A stretch of DNA of 64,000 nt from an uncultured bacterium. Lineage in GTDB: Bacteria > Oederibacteriota > PGYV01 > CAWJRG01. The notes under the pieces are model-generated. The model was not told where the DNA came from and did no database searches. It saw only the letters and a program-made list of their open reading frames with translations. This document shows, in pieces, positions 1-9,207 of the stretch. The translations under genes were made by a program, and so were the position numbers. Location: positions 832,001 to 896,000 of the forward strand of contig CAWJRG010000009.1 of the NCBI GenBank assembly GCA_963845185.1, given 5' to 3'. The first letter of the stretch is position 1, and every line of letters begins with the position of its first letter.

Positions 1-610
1 TTAATTTCTCTTTGCCTCTTAATTTTTCCTTCATCTTTACCAGTGATTCAGCGCCGCTTTCTTCCTCGTCTATCTTTTCGCTCTCCTTTATTATCGCTTC
101 TATGTTTTCTTCTATCTTCTTTATCCTTTTTTCACACCGCTCCATTGTCCATGTGTTATTTATCGACGCGTTCGCCCTTATCTTGCTCCCGTCTACAAAT
201 AGCGTGTTTCCTTCTATCAATCCCAGTTTCATACACATCTTTGCGCTTTGTTTCATCACGTTTTTCAACATTTCCCGGTTGTCTTTTCGAAACCTTGCTA
301 TTGTTTTATGATCCGGCTTCAATCCTCCCAGCAGCCACATAAAAGACACATTATGATGCGTCGCTCTTTCCAGTTTTCTCGAACTTCGTGTCCCGTATGA
401 ATATCCGTATACCAGCAATTTTATCATAGCCTCAGGGTCGTATTCCAAATTTCCCATTTGCGTTTCATCTATTACTATCCCAAGTTCTTCCATTTTCAAC
501 GCCTTTACGAACGCGTCGTACGCCCTTACAGGATCATCTTCCCCTACATATTCTTCTATGCTCTGCGGAAACATTGTCAACTGACTTCGGTCTCCATATC
601 GGTATGCCAT
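1..610 (-). CDS. IS1182-family transposase, N-terminal part (runs off the window start)
   Basis: Manual translation from ATG at 610: MAYRYGDRSQLTMFPQSIEEYVGEDDPVRAYDAFV...YDPEAMIKLLVYGYSYGTRSSRKLERATHHNVSFMWLLGGLKPDHKTIARFRK...LFVDGSKIRANAS, typical DUF772/IS1182 motifs. Absent from the ORF track because it has no stop in the window. Confidence 0.9.
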   Translation of the reverse strand, partial: MAYRYGDRSQLTMFPQSIEEYVGEDDPVRAYDAFVKALKMEELGIVIDETQMGNLEYDPEAMIKLLVYGYSYGTRSSRKLERATHHNVSFMWLLGGLKPDHKTIARFRKDNREMLKNVMKQSAKMCMKLGLIEGNTLFVDGSKIRANASINNTWTMERCEKRIKKIEENIEAIIKESEKIDEEESGAESLVKMKEKLRGKEKL

Positions 611-707
611 TTTTGTCTCCTTTTCTGATGTGTTTTCTGGAGACATTATACCATTTTTTATCTGTCAAATATCGTTTCAGACTACAAAAACATTATGACA
701 CAGTCTG
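1..707 (-). mobile_element. IS1182-family insertion sequence, left portion
   Basis: Transposase plus a candidate left end reading CAGACTGTGTCATAA on the minus strand (~693-707). The right end lies outside the window. Confidence 0.7.
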
Positions 708-730
708 GAAGTAGGAGGATTCTAAAACTT

Positions 731-990
731 CCCCTTCCCCCTCGACGGGGGAAGGTCGGGATGAGGGTGAGGTAGCAGCTGATACTGTGTCACTTCACGC
801 CAACATCAGATCCCAAAACTTCTTTTTCTTATTCTATCTTTTATTTTAATTTACATAGCTATTGCCGCTTCTTCACCCTCTCCTTTTTTCCTCTCCCGTC
901 GAGGGAGAGGAGACCACCAACTTTGTTGGTGGTCAACAAGGTGGTGGGGCCTTCGCCCCCACGCCCCACCACCGACTAAAGTCAGTGGAT
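731..990. repeat. Cluster of REP-like palindromes (inverted pair of TCACCCTC...CTCTCCCGTCGAGGG elements plus CCACC-type hairpins)
   Basis: 731-770 and 873-910 are inverted copies of each other. Hairpins gaccaccaac-ttt-gttggtggtc and ggtggtggggc...gccccaccacc follow. A related copy lies at 56761-56800. Confidence 0.7.
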
Positions 991-1081
991 TCGCTAGGAT
1001 TGATAATTGATGTAATTATAACCCCCCTATTTACTGCATCGTCAATTGAATGGGCTATATCTCCATCCCACATAAACAAAT

Positions 1082-1108
1082 AAGCCCGGAGTTTTCAGCC
1101 CGGGCTTT
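1082..1108 (-). terminator. Intrinsic terminator-like hairpin after the RCC1 lipoprotein gene
   Basis: AAGCCCGG-agttttcag-CCGGGCTT stem-loop just downstream of the stop at 1139. Confidence 0.6.
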
Positions 1109-1138
1109 GTAAAATTATCTTTTTATGCAGTTACATAG

Positions 1139-2455
1139 TTAAAAATTAGCCTGCGTCCAGGTGGTCTTGTTGGCTTGACCACCGTCGCCAAGCTGGCCAT
1201 AATTATTATACCCGGTTGCCCATAACGTGCCGTCAGTCTTTAATGCAAAACTATCCCAGTATCCTGCTGCTATGGCGCTTACTCCTGTTAAAACCTCCAC
1301 ATATATACTGACATTGCTATATGTCCCGTTGCCAAGCTGGCCATTATTATTATACCCCGTTGCCCATAATGTGCCGTCAGTCTTTAATGCCAGGCTGCAA
1401 TCATATCCTGCGGCAATGGCGCTTACTCCTGTCAAAACCTGCACATATGTACTGACACTGTTATATGTCCCATTGCCAAGCTGGCCTTGAGTATTATACC
1501 CGGCTGCCCATAATGTGCCGTCAGTCTTTAATACCAGGCTATGTTCATATCCTGCCGACACGGCGCTTACTCCTGCCAACACCTGTTCAAATTTACCTAC
1601 GGGATTAAGAGTCCCATTGCCAAACTGACCGTCATTATTAATCCCGTCTGCCCATAATGTCCCGTCAGTCTTTATAGCAAAACCAAAATAATTTTCTCTC
1701 GATGCCGCTATGTCGCTTACTCCTGCCAGCACCTGCTCAAATGTATCTCTGTTATTGGAAGTCCCGTCGCCAAGCTGGTCATCACCATTACCCCCTGTTG
1801 CCCATAATGTCCCGTCAGTCTTTATAATAAAACTGTCTCCCAATCCTCCAGTAATGTCGCTTACTCCTGCTACTACCGTCACCTGCTCAAATGAATACGA
1901 ACTGGTAGTATTCCCATTGCCATACTCGCCGACCTGATTTAACCCCGTTGCCCACAAACTGCCGTCACTTTTTAAAGCCAGGCTATGATAATCTCCTGCC
2001 GATATTTTTATAACAACAACAGGGGTATTTGTCTCTGTTACAGTTACAGTTGATGTCGGCGTGATTGTTGCTGTATTAACATGAGTGTCTGTCAGTGTTG
2101 CTGTAGGCGTTATTGTAGCCGTGATTGTGGCTGTATCAAGTGGAGTGTCTGTCGCCGAAATTACAATCGTGTTTGTTGCCGTATTAAGCAGGGTATTTGT
2201 TGCTGTTATTACAGGCGTATTTGTTGCCGTGTTAAGTAAAGTTTCTGTCGATGTCATAACTGCTGTCTTTGTAGCCGTATTAAGAGGCGTATTTGTCGCA
2301 GTCCGTATTGCCGTGCCCGTGGCCGTCAAAGCCGCCGTGTTCACCGGTGCTGCGGCAGGAGGAGCAGTCGGCGACTTTACGCTTCTGCACCCGTTTAATG
2401 CCAAGACAAAAATAATTAATCCTGTAATAACCGTCAATGCAATCCTGTTTTTCAT
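1139..2455 (-). CDS. Lipoprotein with Thr/Pro-rich linker and RCC1-like beta-propeller repeats
   Basis: Lipobox LNGC, TATNTP repeats and repeated SLALKTDGTLWATGYNxxGQLG. Start moved to ATG 2455, which has GGAGG upstream; the ORF track gives 2476. Confidence 0.85.
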   Translation of the reverse strand: MKNRIALTVITGLIIFVLALNGCRSVKSPTAPPAAAPVNTAALTATGTAIRTATNTPLNTATKTAVMTSTETLLNTATNTPVITATNTLLNTATNTIVISATDTPLDTATITATITPTATLTDTHVNTATITPTSTVTVTETNTPVVVIKISAGDYHSLALKSDGSLWATGLNQVGEYGNGNTTSSYSFEQVTVVAGVSDITGGLGDSFIIKTDGTLWATGGNGDDQLGDGTSNNRDTFEQVLAGVSDIAASRENYFGFAIKTDGTLWADGINNDGQFGNGTLNPVGKFEQVLAGVSAVSAGYEHSLVLKTDGTLWAAGYNTQGQLGNGTYNSVSTYVQVLTGVSAIAAGYDCSLALKTDGTLWATGYNNNGQLGNGTYSNVSIYVEVLTGVSAIAAGYWDSFALKTDGTLWATGYNNYGQLGDGGQANKTTWTQANF

Positions 2456-2456
2456 A

Positions 2457-3434
2457 TTAAAATGCCTCCTTTGCAAATATCATGACGCCGTTACCGGATA
2501 CATTAATCCCGGCTTTTATGTCCGTAGGATACACCCAGTGCAGGTAGAAATAATCCGCCGCGGTATAGGCAAGCGCCGCGCCTGCCAGGCACGTGCCTAT
2601 GACAAGCGGTATTTTCTTGTCGTCCACTGTCTTTTTCATGGAAAGCAGCTGGTTATAGTTTGTGCCTTCGGCGTTGTTCAGCATGCTGTAACTTTTGTTG
2701 TAGTTATCCGCGGTTGTCCACTGGTCATTAACCGAATATGCCGCATAAGCAACCAGGGCAACATCAAGCGCGTCCAGGCCTATGCAACCCCAGCATATTC
2801 CCAGTTCCTTGCGCGCTTCTGCTTTTGGCTCTTCTTTTTTTTGTTCTGTTTCTCCGATTATGATTTTTTGTTCCATGGTTTTGCCTATAATTACCATTTC
2901 TATCCTTCTGTTCTTGCTTCTTCCTTCTTCCGTTGAGTTGTCGCTGATGAAATTGACTGGCCCGAGCCCCCTGATAGCCACATCCTTTTCATTCAAACCC
3001 TTGCCCTTGTATTTATCAAGTACATACGCCATGACCGAATCAGCCCTTTTTTCAGCCAATTTTATATTGTACTCTTGTGTGCCTTCGATGTCGGTATAGC
3101 CGTCTATTTTTATGAAAGGCTTTTCATTTTTATCAAGGAAATCCCCTATAATCTTTATTGCTTCATCCAGTTTCGCGTAAGACTCTTCAGGTATTTCAGC
3201 GCTGTTTTTCGCGAATGTCAGCCCGTAAAAGTTCAATACTTTTTCTTTTGCAGCGCCCTGTGCCGTTGCAGTAATGCCCTGGGCCGTTGTGGTAGTGCCC
3301 TGGGCAGTTATGGTATTATCCCGGGCTGTTGCAGTAATCCCGGAAGCCTGCGCAGCAGGCAAAACATCCCCGGCAAAAGCATAAGCAGAAAATACAGACA
3401 GGATGATGAACAAAGCAAATTTTTTCCCTCTCAT
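2457..3434 (-). CDS. OmpA-like peptidoglycan-binding domain protein with hydrophobic C-terminal extension
   Basis: Signal peptide; F..NSAEI, IDGYTD.EG..EYNIKLAEKRA.SV and EGRSKNRRIE motifs. Confidence 0.85.
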   Translation of the reverse strand: MRGKKFALFIILSVFSAYAFAGDVLPAAQASGITATARDNTITAQGTTTTAQGITATAQGAAKEKVLNFYGLTFAKNSAEIPEESYAKLDEAIKIIGDFLDKNEKPFIKIDGYTDIEGTQEYNIKLAEKRADSVMAYVLDKYKGKGLNEKDVAIRGLGPVNFISDNSTEEGRSKNRRIEMVIIGKTMEQKIIIGETEQKKEEPKAEARKELGICWGCIGLDALDVALVAYAAYSVNDQWTTADNYNKSYSMLNNAEGTNYNQLLSMKKTVDDKKIPLVIGTCLAGAALAYTAADYFYLHWVYPTDIKAGINVSGNGVMIFAKEAF

Positions 3435-3460
3435 GGAGACCTCCTATTTTTTGCACACCG

Positions 3461-3558
3461 CTTTATAGCGTTTGTTTTGTCAAGCTTAATAGCGTAGACA
3501 AAACATTACGCCATAAAGTACCCGCTCAAGTCTCGAGCTTGAAAGAGACAAGAGGTGT
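3461..3558 (-). repeat. Two-hairpin structured element, copy A (candidate cis-regulatory RNA or mobile repeat)
   Basis: Shares CGTAATGTTTTGTC...AGCTTGACAAAACAAAC and CACC..GTC...GAC..GAG.GGGT with 40101-40202 and 52691-52855. Confidence 0.75.
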
Positions 3559-3586
3559 TGATAATTTTTCCAAATTCTTAACTGCA

Positions 3587-3615
3587 ATTATATCTTTGCT
3601 TTATGGCTTTGTCAA
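3587..3615 (-). promoter_or_regulatory. Sigma70-type promoter
   Basis: TTGACA (3615-3610), 17-nt spacer, TATAAT (3592-3587) on the minus strand. Confidence 0.75.
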
Positions 3616-3652
3616 TTGCAGAAGGCGTAAATTTAATTGAAAATTGCCTTCG

Positions 3653-4342
3653 TTACCATATATATGGAATAATCTTATACCTGGTTTTATTGGTATATTC
3701 ACGGTATCCGGTCAGTTCATTTATCAATGTCCTGTCTTCCAGATATGTCCTTACCAGTAAAAACAGGATTGAAATAAATACCGGGATTATGCTCCAAAGA
3801 GAGCCAAAGAGCAGCGGAAATCCTATGTCCTGAATTAGATTGCCCAGATATGCCGGATGCCGGACAGCTTTATATAGCCCTGTATGCACAACTGTGTGCC
3901 CCCTGTCTGTTTGAATACGCACAAGGCTTGAAAAAAACTTATTTTGTTGTTGCGCTATTATAAATAAAAGCTGCCCGGCAACTGTAAGGACTAAACCCGC
4001 GAGATAAAAACTCCAATGAAAGTCAGGTGACCATTTAAAGCGTCCGGAATCAAGCCCGGCTGTAATATACATGATAATCAGCACCACCGCAGATATTGCT
4101 ACTATTTGTTTATCCCACTTTTTAACCCCTTGTCCGGGTTTTGAGCGCTCGTCCATGAGTTCAGGATCAGTGCGCAATAAAGATAAGCCTATCACCGTCA
4201 TCAAAACACCTGCCGCCGCGTACACCCATCCCTGCCAGTAATTTATCCGGCCTGCGCTGATGAATATTATTAAATAAAATACAAGCGTGCCTATAAATTG
4301 CTTGATAAAAAGTTGGCTTATTTTCATTGATTGCGCCCTCAT
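3653..4342 (-). CDS. Isoprenylcysteine carboxylmethyltransferase (ICMT/PEMT) family membrane protein
   Basis: Multiple TM helices; NKFFS..VRIQ.DRGH.V..TGLY..VRHPAY and EDRTL..EL.GY.EY motifs. Confidence 0.85.
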   Translation of the reverse strand: MRAQSMKISQLFIKQFIGTLVFYLIIFISAGRINYWQGWVYAAAGVLMTVIGLSLLRTDPELMDERSKPGQGVKKWDKQIVAISAVVLIIMYITAGLDSGRFKWSPDFHWSFYLAGLVLTVAGQLLFIIAQQQNKFFSSLVRIQTDRGHTVVHTGLYKAVRHPAYLGNLIQDIGFPLLFGSLWSIIPVFISILFLLVRTYLEDRTLINELTGYREYTNKTRYKIIPYIW

Positions 4343-4405
4343 TATTTTTAATTGTCAGCTCTCAATTGCCAGCCTTCAATGGAATTTCATTCATTAATAG
4401 TCTTT

Positions 4406-4972
4406 TTACTTCTTTTCCAGCAGCATTGAGAAGCTGAATACTGCCTTTGTTCCCGCAGACGCGCTAAAACCTGCTTTTACTGCCGATACTTTTTCCGCTT
4501 CAAAATCCTTTTTGGAAACATGCAGCAACGGCTCTATCACGAGCAATTTGCCGCCAAGCTTAAGCGCAAAATATATTTCGCTGAAAAATTTATCAGTATC
4601 AGGCACTTCATGCACCATGTAAAAAGCGAGCGCTGCGTCGAGACCCGGCACCAAGTTCAGGGTATCCTTTTCTGCTTTTATAAACGTGACGTTCTTGTTT
4701 TTGCAGTGTTTCTCCACTCTTTTTTTCGCCTTATCCAGCATTTCCTGCTGCAAGTCGACTGCGTATACTTTTCCAGAGGCTCCAGCTGCGTCTGACATCG
4801 CGGTAGTAAAAAAACCAGGTCCGCATCCGATATCTGCCACGGCCTTGCCTTCGCCTGCGAGGCTAACGAGTATTTTCTTCGGGTTATGTACAAGCCCGCG
4901 AAAAAACAAAAGCCCCCAGCTCCACGAAGCCGGGCATACGAATTTTTCATCCATTTTATCCTCCACATCCAT
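4406..4972 (-). CDS. Class I SAM-dependent methyltransferase
   Basis: VADIGCGPGFF motif I; VYAVDLQQEML. Confidence 0.85.
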   Translation of the reverse strand: MDVEDKMDEKFVCPASWSWGLLFFRGLVHNPKKILVSLAGEGKAVADIGCGPGFFTTAMSDAAGASGKVYAVDLQQEMLDKAKKRVEKHCKNKNVTFIKAEKDTLNLVPGLDAALAFYMVHEVPDTDKFFSEIYFALKLGGKLLVIEPLLHVSKKDFEAEKVSAVKAGFSASAGTKAVFSFSMLLEKK

Positions 4973-5013
4973 TCAGTAATTTGGATTTGGGATTCGAATA
5001 CCCAAAGCCATAC

Positions 5014-5424
5014 CTAAATTTTAAAACGGTCAATTATCCCAAATGTTTTCGCATGATATTCCGAAATTTCGAATGAAATCCCGGGCGTCTTGTTTATATT
5101 CATGCGGATTTTGTCTTGCCTTCTTTCAGCCGATATGTCCGACCACGGTATGAACAACGGCGGGTGAAACGGCCTGGACAGGAAATGCATGTGCACATGC
5201 AACCCATCGCTATCGGCCGTGCCGTAAACAAAGCCGTTGTAACTGAAGAAACGCATTCCTATTGTGGTAATCCGTATCGGCTTGTTTTCGCGTTTCTTGT
5301 CCGGCGGAGTCCTGTAAAGTTCAGTTAGCGTCTTCCACCCTCCGACTGTCGAGCTGACAAACATCGCGATAGGATAAAGAAGGATAACAAGGAAAAAAGA
5401 ATATCTTGCCCAAAAATCATGCAT
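5014..5424 (-). CDS. Hypothetical membrane-anchored protein, copy 1
   Basis: N-terminal TM helix and FHPPLFIPW motif; near-identical to 9402-9815. Confidence 0.75.
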   Translation of the reverse strand: MHDFWARYSFFLVILLYPIAMFVSSTVGGWKTLTELYRTPPDKKRENKPIRITTIGMRFFSYNGFVYGTADSDGLHVHMHFLSRPFHPPLFIPWSDISAERRQDKIRMNINKTPGISFEISEYHAKTFGIIDRFKI

Positions 5425-5491
5425 AGTAGTGCCTCCCTTGATTTCAATTTTTAATTAAAAAAAGGCCAAAAAGGCGCAAAGTAATTCCTCC

Positions 5492-6373
5492 CTATTGGTA
5501 AATCCCAAACGGCCATGGATTGGCCATCTCCTTTTGAATGTTTATATTACCAGTGCCTGCTTCATACTTTATTAAACCATAATCCTGTTCTGTCAGGTTT
5601 GTGCCTCCCATAGGGTCAAAATAAACAACATACTGCGTCGGCCTGCCGTTTGCATCGTAAGCATAGGTATCATACTGCTGTTCTGTCAGGTTGGTGCCGC
5701 CTGTCGGATCGTAATAATCAACATACTGCGTCAGCCTGTTGTTTGTGTCATAGGTATAGGTGGAATATTCCATTTCCGTAAAATTGCAGCCGGTGCAGGT
5801 GGTATAATAATAAGAATCCTGCGTCATGCTGTTATTTGTATTATAAGTATAGGTATCGTAATTCAGTTTTGTGCCGGAGGGATAATTATAATTGGTTTTT
5901 TGCGCAATATTGTTGTTTACATCATAAGTATAGGTAATATACCCGGTTTCTACGAAGTTGCCGGATATGTAAGAATAACGGGTAACCTGCGTCAGCCTGT
6001 TGCTTGTGTCGTATGTATAGGTATCATACCCCTGCTCTGTAAGGATGCCGCTGAATGTCGGGTCAGAATAATAAATGCGCTGCGTCATCCTGTTGCTTGT
6101 GTCGTATGTAAAGATCGAATAATCAAATTTCGTGAGTGCAGCTGTCGTTGTATTGGGCAAATAATAATCCAATTCTGTCAATAAATTGCTGCTGTTGTAG
6201 CTGTAAACCGTAGAGTAGATTTTTGTGTTTGTAGTGTCGTAACCGTCCTCTTCTGATATTCTTGATACTCCCGTGTTTGTAGACGGGCAAACAGGATGCG
6301 GCAGTTTCCTGCACGAGAAAAAAACAATAATAATAATCGTTGTAATCAAAATCAAACCTAATATTTTTTTCAT
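5492..6373 (-). CDS. Lipoprotein with YD/RHS-like repeats
   Basis: MKKILG...FFSC lipobox and repeated YTYDTSNRLTQ. Start moved to ATG 6373. Confidence 0.75.
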   Translation of the reverse strand: MKKILGLILITTIIIIVFFSCRKLPHPVCPSTNTGVSRISEEDGYDTTNTKIYSTVYSYNSSNLLTELDYYLPNTTTAALTKFDYSIFTYDTSNRMTQRIYYSDPTFSGILTEQGYDTYTYDTSNRLTQVTRYSYISGNFVETGYITYTYDVNNNIAQKTNYNYPSGTKLNYDTYTYNTNNSMTQDSYYYTTCTGCNFTEMEYSTYTYDTNNRLTQYVDYYDPTGGTNLTEQQYDTYAYDANGRPTQYVVYFDPMGGTNLTEQDYGLIKYEAGTGNINIQKEMANPWPFGIYQ

Positions 6374-6379
6374 GTCTGT

Positions 6380-6465
6380 CTCCGTTTTTAAATAATTTTC
6401 AATTTTCAATGAAAAACAAAATTTTTTCTTTTCTTTCAATTGAAAACTGATAATTCTTAATTAGT
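6380..6465. repeat. AT-rich heptamer-repeat palindromic intergenic element
   Basis: ctccgtttt-aaataattttcaattttcaat...attgaaaactgataatt; homologous to 11366-11455 and 60354-60442. Confidence 0.6.
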
Positions 6466-6470
6466 ATTTA

Positions 6471-7169
6471 TTAAATTAATTCTTTTCTATCTTTAAACAA
6501 TAAACCTAAATCTTTTTCATAAACGCGAAAACCAGTTCCATGGTTTCTAACAGAACCATTAGGCTTTAAATACATTCTTATATCTACAAAAGCAGATTTA
6601 TTTATAATGGCATCTATAAAATTATCATCCGAAGGATTTTTAAGTAGGTATGCTTTATTATAAAAAAATTCCTCAACGCCGGCCTTATTTTTTTTCACAT
6701 CTGCACAAACAACGATTAACTGGCTCATTTTTGACAAAAATTTTGCGACAATAAAGCTTATTTTCCAATTACCTATAAGTATATTTTTCCTGTCTTTAAG
6801 TTGAAGGTTTCCTTTATTATCTACATCTAATAACAAACCTTGCTTATTAGGTTTTCTATATGAAACTGTAACATACAAACAATGCCGTTTATTTTCATCA
6901 AAATAACCATATTTAGAAATAGCGTCTTTCGGATGAATCTGCCATACGGATTTATTAAAAGTAAAAAGTGTAATAAGGGATGATGAATTCTCTCTCATTG
7001 ATTTTAACTCTATCCTACCGCCAAGGTCAGGAACAGCTATATTGGTTTCTTTAAGATTCAATTCAGATTCAAAAGTATAGCCGATGCCGGTAGGACCTCT
7101 TCTTTTAGAAGGTATAAATCCTTTATCTTTCAAATTTTTTAATCTTTTTTTTAGTTCTACAAGGGTCAT
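6471..7169 (-). CDS. MvaI/BcnI-family restriction endonuclease
   Basis: GPTGIGYTFE..L...E.N...PD.....ELKS, ITLFT and RNHGTGFR motifs; 232 aa; adjacent to a methyltransferase. Confidence 0.85.
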   Translation of the reverse strand: MTLVELKKRLKNLKDKGFIPSKRRGPTGIGYTFESELNLKETNIAVPDLGGRIELKSMRENSSSLITLFTFNKSVWQIHPKDAISKYGYFDENKRHCLYVTVSYRKPNKQGLLLDVDNKGNLQLKDRKNILIGNWKISFIVAKFLSKMSQLIVVCADVKKNKAGVEEFFYNKAYLLKNPSDDNFIDAIINKSAFVDIRMYLKPNGSVRNHGTGFRVYEKDLGLLFKDRKELI

Positions 7170-7187
7170 TTCCTCTCCTTTTGGACT

Positions 7188-9080
7188 TTATTTGGGCTTT
7201 TTTAAAATCACTATACTTTCCTTTAACATGGTATCCTCTTTTTGTCCAGCAATATTTGTAGGTGAAGTTTTTAAAGGCATCCTTTTGCCTGGAATATTCC
7301 TTACAAATATATCCTCGCAGCTAAAGCCTATATTTTCGCAAAGTTCCGCTATAATAAAATCAGTTGGAATCCTTACCTGCTTAACAAGGCGGTTTCCAAT
7401 TACAATGCAAAAATATTTATTTACTTTAAGTATTTTATATGCATGCTTAAAACACTTTTCTAAATCAATATAAAAACTTAAAACTTCCCTAGCGCGTTTT
7501 TCATCTTTATTTAATATTTCTTTTAAAATCAAGTCTAAATATTTTGAATTAAGGACATTTTTAAATTCCTTAACTGCTTTTCCGCCGAGCAACTCGTTGT
7601 CCACATTGGAAGCTGTATTTGGGTCTTCAAAAATATCTATCCATTGACTTGATAATCTTGAAAACTGCCCATATGCCACGGTCGTCCTGCTGTCTCCGTA
7701 GGGAGGAGAAGTAATAATACAGTCAATTGAATTTTCCTTTATGCTATTGTCTTTTGAAGAGTCTCCATGTATTATTTTTGCCCAAGTATTTTTATCCACA
7801 TTTTTGTAAAATTCTTCCATTCCCAATATATTTGTTTCAACTTTTTTCTTAAAAATATTAATTACATCCGGATTATAATCTTTTAATTTTTCTTTAGATA
7901 TCTTTACAAGTTTGAATTCTCCGCTTTTTGTGTTGGATACATTCCTTACTATCTCGCTGAAGGCAACCATGAAAAATTTTCTGATATTTCCTTGTTCTAT
8001 TTCATTGATGGCTTTTTTAATTTTAGCTAATTTTAAAATCACGTTTTCTTTAAACCAAAAATCAAGATTAAAAAAATTTGGTTTAGTGATATTTTTATTG
8101 TTAATCTTTTCAATTCTATTAATCAAATTAAAATATTTTTTACTTAATATTGCAGGGTTTATTTCCGTTGCTTTTACTTTCGCTAAAAAAACAGCCAACG
8201 GATTCAAATCAATCCCATAAGCGTTTCTTCCCAACAATCTGCTTTCTACCAAAGCCGTACCCGAACCGCAAAAAATATCGCAAATAGTGTCACCTTTTTT
8301 ACTATAGTTTTGCAACAGCCTTCTTGCTACTTGCGGAATAAACATCGCCGGGTATGTATGCAATCCATGCGTATATGATTTCGTCTTTTCTCCCGAATAA
8401 TCCCATGAATAATCAATCCGCCTCTTATATTTACTTTTGAATGAAGAGCTTTTTTCGGTTTTTTGTTCTAAATTGCGTATTATTTTAACAACAATACCTC
8501 TTATTTCAATTTCTTTTGGATATATTGGGAAAAGTAAAGGATTTGCCGGTTGTAATCTTATTCTATCTTTTTCGCGGTAAATTTTTTTTAAAGTTGCTTT
8601 GTCCTCACCAATGATAGCTACAACAGATTGTCCATTTTCCGCGGTCTCCTGCTTGCGTATTACAACTATATCGCTATCGAAAATCCCCTCATCTATCATG
8701 CTATTGCCCTGCACCCGCAAAGCGAAATATTTCCCTGCTTTACCCAACTCATCTTTCGGAATCGAGATCGTTTCTTGAGAGTTTTCGATTGCGTCAATAG
8801 GTTCACCGGCAGCTATAGTACCCAAAAGAGGAACATCTACTATATCCTTCCCTTTTTGGGAATTTTTGACAATTTCAATACCTCTTGAAATATGGGAATG
8901 TTTTTTTATATAACCCTTTTTTTCTATTGCCATCAGATGGTCTTTAACTGCTGTTGGGGATTTAAAAGAAAATTTCTTACAAATTTCCGAGATGGTAGGA
9001 GGAAATCCATTAATATGGATGTTTCGAACAATGAAATCTAATATTTCTTTTTGTCTTTTTGTTAAAACATTATTTTTCAT
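7188..9080 (-). CDS. LexA repressor fused to an N4-cytosine DNA methyltransferase
   Basis: aa 1-~205: LexA wHTH (LTKRQKEIL, PPTISEI), IAAG cleavage site, GNSM serine, TLKK lysine. Remainder: HTYPAMFIP, DIFCGSGT (motif I) preceding IITSPPY (motif IV). Single uninterrupted ORF. Confidence 0.9.
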   Translation of the reverse strand: MKNNVLTKRQKEILDFIVRNIHINGFPPTISEICKKFSFKSPTAVKDHLMAIEKKGYIKKHSHISRGIEIVKNSQKGKDIVDVPLLGTIAAGEPIDAIENSQETISIPKDELGKAGKYFALRVQGNSMIDEGIFDSDIVVIRKQETAENGQSVVAIIGEDKATLKKIYREKDRIRLQPANPLLFPIYPKEIEIRGIVVKIIRNLEQKTEKSSSFKSKYKRRIDYSWDYSGEKTKSYTHGLHTYPAMFIPQVARRLLQNYSKKGDTICDIFCGSGTALVESRLLGRNAYGIDLNPLAVFLAKVKATEINPAILSKKYFNLINRIEKINNKNITKPNFFNLDFWFKENVILKLAKIKKAINEIEQGNIRKFFMVAFSEIVRNVSNTKSGEFKLVKISKEKLKDYNPDVINIFKKKVETNILGMEEFYKNVDKNTWAKIIHGDSSKDNSIKENSIDCIITSPPYGDSRTTVAYGQFSRLSSQWIDIFEDPNTASNVDNELLGGKAVKEFKNVLNSKYLDLILKEILNKDEKRAREVLSFYIDLEKCFKHAYKILKVNKYFCIVIGNRLVKQVRIPTDFIIAELCENIGFSCEDIFVRNIPGKRMPLKTSPTNIAGQKEDTMLKESIVILKKPK

Positions 9081-9107
9081 TTAATCAAGCCTCGTTCAAT
9101 TTTTTTG

Positions 9108-9136
9108 ATTATACTGTATAAAAATACAGTTGTCAA
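9108..9136 (-). promoter_or_regulatory. Consensus sigma70 promoter with a LexA-type operator in its spacer
   Basis: TTGACA (9136-9131), 17 nt, TATAAT (9113-9108); CTGT-ATAAAAAT-ACAG at 9114-9129. Confidence 0.85.
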
Positions 9137-9207
9137 GGTAATTTAATTTCCCAGTTGTTTTTCTCTTTCCTTTAAACATCAAAATTTCGTTTTTTAATTT
9201 TTAAGAT

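Noticed and set aside
12..342. Plus-strand ORFs 12-311 and 43-342
   Set aside because: Antisense shadows of the IS1182 transposase.
3461..3558. Leader element as a known ribozyme or riboswitch (hammerhead, twister, c-di-GMP)
   Set aside because: Their diagnostic cores are not recognisable by eye; kept only as an unassigned motif.
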